From Paramoeba atlantica (taxonomy: Eukaryota; Protista; Discosea), in the NCBI GenBank assembly GCA_977017575.1, contig CDRNVI010000036.1:143207-207206 (forward strand): a stretch of DNA of 64,000 nucleotides, read 5' to 3'. The translations under genes and the position numbers were made by a program. The notes under the pieces were generated by a model. The model did not search any database. It saw nothing but the letters and a program-made list of their open reading frames with translations, and had not been told where the DNA came from. Within the stretch, counting starts at the first letter, position 1. Each line of letters starts with the position of its first letter. Below are positions 60,390 through 64,000 of the stretch, one piece after another.

Positions 60390-60640
60390 CTAATAATTAC
60401 AACTTTCTCCTTTTTTTCTACTACTATGTCGAAACGCCGCGGCATGCTGTTTAAAGTGTTAATGAGCATTTCATGACCATCTGTTTTAATGTAATCAAAC
60501 GCTCTTTCAATAGAAAACAAGAGTTCAGTCGTATTTTCTGGATTTGTGGCATCCATAATTTCCCAATTGTTTTCAATGGGGTTAAGATCTGGGGATTTTG
60601 GGGGAAAGTCCAAAACAACGAGATCTATCGGAGAGAGATC
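60390..60640 (-). pseudogene. Tc1/IS630 transposase C-terminal fragment
   Basis: VLDFPPKSPDLNPIENNW...NPENTTELL...NSMPRRFDIV, then frameshifted KGESCNY*. Candidate TIR end TA|CAGGGGG at 60192. Confidence 0.85.
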
Positions 60641-61143
60641 CTTTGTTCTGCGTAGAACGGGATCGCTTTCGCGGCATAAAACTGAGACGAAATGGAAAAA
60701 AAACGAAAAAATGAGCAAATTTGGGAAAAACTGCAAATGTTAGAGGGGCAAAAAAACTTTAAAAGAAATGCCATAAACACAATTGCTTTCTTTTGGGGTG
60801 AAAATGAGTGACACAGTAGGAAAAATGTTCATAAGAAACAGGAGACGTACTTCCTATGTAAAATCGGTCAAAATCACAGTATTTTGTTCTTATTTAAATT
60901 TTTAGATCACCGAATTATGGTCAACTCCGGACCGCGCGTTACTCGTCTGCAAGTCGTCTGTTAGTCGCCCACATCGCCTTGCACTATCTCCGCTACGAGA
61001 ATCGAACTACCGGCAACTTTGTTGACAGTGCATGGGAACGTCAACCAAATGGCTCTAGACGTGCGCTACGCCCACAGTTCGGCCTTGCCTTCAGACAGGT
61101 GAACTAGGCCACACATCATAGTAAAATAAAGACACACCCACTC

Positions 61144-61277
61144 GCACACTGATAATGCATAAAACTCGCACACTGATAATGCATAAAACTCGCACACTGA
61201 TAATGCATATTGGCACACTGATAATGCATAAAAACTCGCACACTGATAATACATAAAACTCGCACACTGATAATGCA
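61144..61277 (-). repeat. Left iteron-like array: 6 copies of TGCATTATCAGTGTGC (minus strand)
   Basis: GCACACTGATAATGCA at 61144, 61168, 61192, 61213, 61238 and 61262 (spacing 24, 24, 21, 25, 24). Confidence 0.95.
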
Positions 61278-61292
61278 CTGTATTTTGAGCAA

Positions 61293-61372
61293 GCCCTTCG
61301 AAAAAGAATTGAGCCCTTCAAAAAAAATTTGAGCCCTTCAAAAAAATTGGAGAAAGGCCCTTGAAAAAAAAT
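61293..61372 (+). repeat. Four GCCCTT-A-tract direct repeats
   Basis: GCCCTT at 61293, 61313, 61333 and 61357, each followed by an A-tract and TT. Confidence 0.8.
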
Positions 61373-61385
61373 TCTAGAAAAAAAG

Positions 61386-61431
61386 CCCCCATTTAGCGGG
61401 GGTCGCGCGAGCGACCCCTGATAAATGGGGG
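61386..61431. other. Imperfect hairpin with GCGA (GNRA-type) loop
   Basis: CCCCCATTTA..GGGGTCGC-GCGA-GCGACCCC..TAAATGGGGG. Confidence 0.7.
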
Positions 61432-61758
61432 GAAGGTGGTAGTTGTTTTGGGGAATATGAGAAGCCGAACGCACGGAGGGGCCGGCCGGGCCAATGAACT
61501 TAGATCTTGTTTACCCATTTGCGAAGCCCAACAATTCCACCATACCCCACCCTGAATAAAGCCAAGACCTTGTTTACCCGTGTGCAAGACAAAAGCGTCA
61601 GACGTTAGTGGGAAGTAATTTGCGAAGCCCAACCGTCTGCAAGGTAAAATAGAAATGGAAAGCCCATTCTAGGAATCGGAAATATGCAGTTGAAGGAAAG
61701 TTGGTAAAACTCAAAATTGGCAGAATTTATTATGTAGCCCATGCCGCTTTCAAGAGAG

Positions 61759-61959
61759 TCACATCTTCGCTGCTCGTTCAGCGTGCCTGGCACTGTACGT
61801 ATCATTTCGAAGTCCGCGTGCGAGTTCCCGGCTCAGAGAGGATTGATCCATATTCAATTTCGCGGCAATTTGGACTTGGGTGAAATTCTGTTGATTGTAA
61901 AGCATCTCAATCATGGTGCGGTCCTCTGAATCTATACGTTGACTTCGTGGTTCACTCAT
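61759..61959 (-). CDS. 66-aa stand-alone HTH protein resembling the IS30 transposase N-terminus (HTH_38-like)
   Basis: MSEPRSQRIDSEDRTMIEMLYNQQNFTQVQIAAKLNMDQSSLSRELARGLRNDTYSARHAERAAKM*. Preceded on the sense strand by a T-rich tract and TTTTAG one base before the ATG. Confidence 0.6.
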   Translation of the reverse strand: MSEPRSQRIDSEDRTMIEMLYNQQNFTQVQIAAKLNMDQSSLSRELARGLRNDTYSARHAERAAKM

Positions 61960-62017
61960 ACTAAAATGCAACAAAAATTATCAAAAAAAAACAGTCTTTG
62001 TGTTAATATAGGCTTCA

Positions 62018-62330
62018 TGGATTATCAGTGTGTATTATGCGTTATCAGTGTGCATTATGCATTATCAGTGTGCATTATGCATTATCAGTGTGCATTATGC
62101 ATTATCAGTGTGCATTATGCATTATCAGTGTGCATTATGCATTATCAGTGTGCGAGTTACTATGCATTATCAGTGTTCGAGTTTTATGCATTTTCAGTGT
62201 GCTAATATGCATTATCAGTGTGCCTATATGCATTATCAGTGTGCTAATATGCATTATCAGTGTGCCTATATGCATTATCAGTGTGCATTATGCAATATCA
62301 GTGTGCGAGTTTTATGCGTTATCAGTGTGC
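62018..62330 (+). repeat. Right iteron-like array: 15 copies of TGCATTATCAGTGTGC
   Basis: Core TTATCAGTG at 62022-62142 (7 copies, 20-nt period), then 62167, 62191, 62212, 62233, 62254, 62275, 62295 and 62319. Confidence 0.95.
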
Positions 62331-62472
62331 GGGTGCCAGTCCTGCGGAAGTTGCTGACGTTGGTTCCCAGTCCGCCCGCCCGCTGGACCTCCCGGCTCGC
62401 TTAAAAATAGATTCGCTCGCAAACAGAGGCCTTGCTCGCGGACATAGTCTTTGATAGTCTCGAAAATCACAC

Positions 62473-62556
62473 TCGTTGAAATTTCAATGAAGTGTCTACA
62501 CTTCGTTGAAAGAAAAAAGTCAACGAAGTGTAGACAATTCGTTGGAATTTCAACGA
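62473..62556. repeat. 37-bp inverted repeat with internally palindromic arms
   Basis: TCGTTGAAATTTCAATGAAGTGTCTACACTTCGTTGA - AAGAAAAAAG - TCAACGAAGTGTAGACAATTCGTTGGAATTTCAACGA (3 mismatches). Confidence 0.85.
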
Positions 62557-62608
62557 ACCCGCGACATAAGCACCCCCCACCGGGCATCTTAAAAAAAATA
62601 AATCCTGT

Positions 62609-62697
62609 CCTTATAACTTTAGTACCTTATAACTTTTGTATTAGAACTTTTGTACTATAACTTTTGTATTAGAACTTTTGTACGATAACATTTTGTA
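62609..62697 (+). repeat. Six 14-16-nt tandem units (A(T/G)AACTTTTGTA core)
   Basis: CCTTATAACTTTAGTA CCTTATAACTTTTGTA TTAGAACTTTTGTA CTATAACTTTTGTA TTAGAACTTTTGTA CGATAACATTTTGTA. Confidence 0.85.
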
Positions 62698-62808
62698 GTC
62701 GTAATAGTAGCAGTAGTAGTATTATACATGTATGTATAATACATACATACATGTATATATATTACATATGTATAATACATACATAAATATGTATATGTAT
62801 AATGTATA

Positions 62809-63051
62809 CTGTCCCCCCCCGTTTAAGCGCACCTCATTTTCCGCGAAATAAATATGTATATGTATAATGTATACTGTCCCCCCCCGTTTAAGCGCACCTC
62901 GTTTTCCGCGAAAAGTGCGCTTAAACGGGAGGGTCTGAATCACTACATAAAAAAAAATTGGCGCCGCTTCGCGGCGCCGGGCTCTTTCCTTCAACTCTAT
63001 GTGCGCTTAAACGGGTGGGTCTGACCGGGTGCGCTTAAGGGGGGAGGGCAG
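62809..63051. mobile_element. Short MITE of the CTGTCCCCCC/TTAAGCGCA family with a duplicated left end
   Basis: TA|CTGTCCCCCCCCGTTTAAGCGCAC at 62809 and 62874 (65-bp tandem duplication); GTGCGCTTAA at ~62915, 63001 and 63029; right end GGGAGGGCAG|TA. Confidence 0.75.
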
Positions 63052-63060
63052 TATGTATAA

Positions 63061-63123
<63 letters not shown>
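63061..63123. repeat. (TAG)21 microsatellite
   Basis: Direct reading. Confidence 0.98.
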
Positions 63124-63124
<1 letters not shown>

Positions 63125-63260
63125 TCGACGCTTTCACTTACCTTTCCCTTGCCTTATTTTTTCCATATCTTCCTCCCTTCCTGCCTGCCTCTTACTTCCC
63201 TTTCTTTACTTCACTTTCTTTTCAAGCGGTTTAAGAACTTTTGTTCAACGCTTTAAGAAC

Positions 63261-63548
63261 TCAAGCTTGAAGAATTATTTTAGTATCAGAATAAAGAAAG
63301 CTGTACAAAATGGTTGGCAACGTTGAGGCGTCCACTTCACCACATAATTGTTCATTGCCATGTACATCTAGTGCCTGTAAGCTTTTTGGCAAGTTATTCA
63401 TGATTGCGGTACCTGAAAACTGATTCTTAGGCAAAGATAAGTCGACTAGATTAGGTGGAAAGTTAGTCAAATTTATAGGGCCAGACAAGTGGTTGTAGCC
63501 TAAATGGAGCATCACAAGATCTGCGGGAAGGTGACTTACAGTCAGCAA
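63261..63548 (-). pseudogene. 5'-truncated LRR-family fragment
   Basis: HLPADLVMLHLGYNHLSGPINLTNFPPNLVDLSLPKNQFSG...; no ATG and no cap domain upstream. Confidence 0.7.
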
Positions 63549-63823
63549 AAAAACCGTTCGAATGTTTCGGTTTTTTCTTCTTTTGTATAGAGCTATTGAT
63601 TAAATATCACCGTTGCGCTGGTAATGTGTGCTAGTAGTGTAGGCATGAGTGTCACCTAATAGTACCCGTAGATAGTTCGCCTCAGTTCGTTCTACCAAAG
63701 AAATAAGAATGAATATAAAAAAGTTTAGCATTCGAAAGGCTTTTTTGCTACCTATTATAGAGAAAATCTTGTCCCAAAAAACAGATGAAACGTAATCGCC
63801 CAAGAGAGATTATGCCCGTAAAA

Positions 63824-64000
63824 TTAGTATTTAGTATTCTCCCCACGAGCCTTCAGCACTGCCTTCATACGGGAAGGCATACTGTCCACCTAGGCACGAC
63901 ATACTGAGGGTGGTATGTTCGCCCATTCCATTTTTACCCTCTCCCACAACTCTCGGACCCCGCTTGGTGGATCATCGTGCCCTGCAAGGCGCCGCTTGAG
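63824..64000 (-). pseudogene. Tc1 transposase C-terminus with an internal stop, continuing beyond the window
   Basis: Manual translation LKRRLAGHDDPPSGVRELWERVKMEWANIPPSVCRA*VDSMPSRMKAVLKARGENTKY*. Confidence 0.85.

Noticed and set aside
62018-62330. Possible CRISPR array
   Set aside because: Linkers are only 4-9 nt and recurrent, with no unique spacers and no cas genes.
62028-62404. Cys/His-rich ORFs in all three + frames (HYQCALCIISV repeats) that look like zinc fingers
   Set aside because: A by-product of a 20-nt tandem unit with no stop in any frame; spacing is not C2H2-like.
63029-63256. Poly-Ser ORF
   Set aside because: Translation of the (TAG)n microsatellite.

Overview
Eukaryotic DNA with intronless genes. 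From 1 to ~57.7 kb about 30 genes all lie on the minus strand, as in a kinetoplastid-type polycistronic cluster. The MetRS (N-terminal extension on a bacterial-type core, KISKS motif), the 23-aa LRR family and the Merlin remnants suggest a basal kinetoplastid such as Perkinsela; this is an inference. Recognisable genes: PreP/PITRM1 (runs off the left edge), two DEAD-box helicases, VPS45, an RluA pseudouridine synthase, ELF1, PCC1, alanine aminotransferase, VMP1, RNASEK, NAXE, EDC4-like, ORC3-like, PIG-V, RBBP6-like, MetRS, XRCC2-like, SPCS1-like, UBE4/Ufd2, a divergent PUF, TGS1, NO66/RIOX1, a twin-CX9C protein, AMPK-gamma and four LRR paralogues (two broken). Nested TA-flanked MITE-like elements interrupt the cluster at 32.5-34.1 kb and 49.0-49.5 kb. 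From 57.7 to 64 kb the window is repeat/transposon-rich (Merlin and Tc1 pseudogenes, MITEs, hairpins). Two observations stand out. (1) Recurrent ~1 kb GC-rich islands, mostly inside coding sequences, whose composition flips from C-rich to G-rich at a central point on both strands, even at synonymous sites. (2) A ~1.2 kb module in which an intact 66-aa IS30-like HTH mini-gene is bracketed by inverted iteron-like arrays (6 and 15 copies) of TGCATTATCAGTGTGC. All family calls are by eye from motifs; no database search was run.
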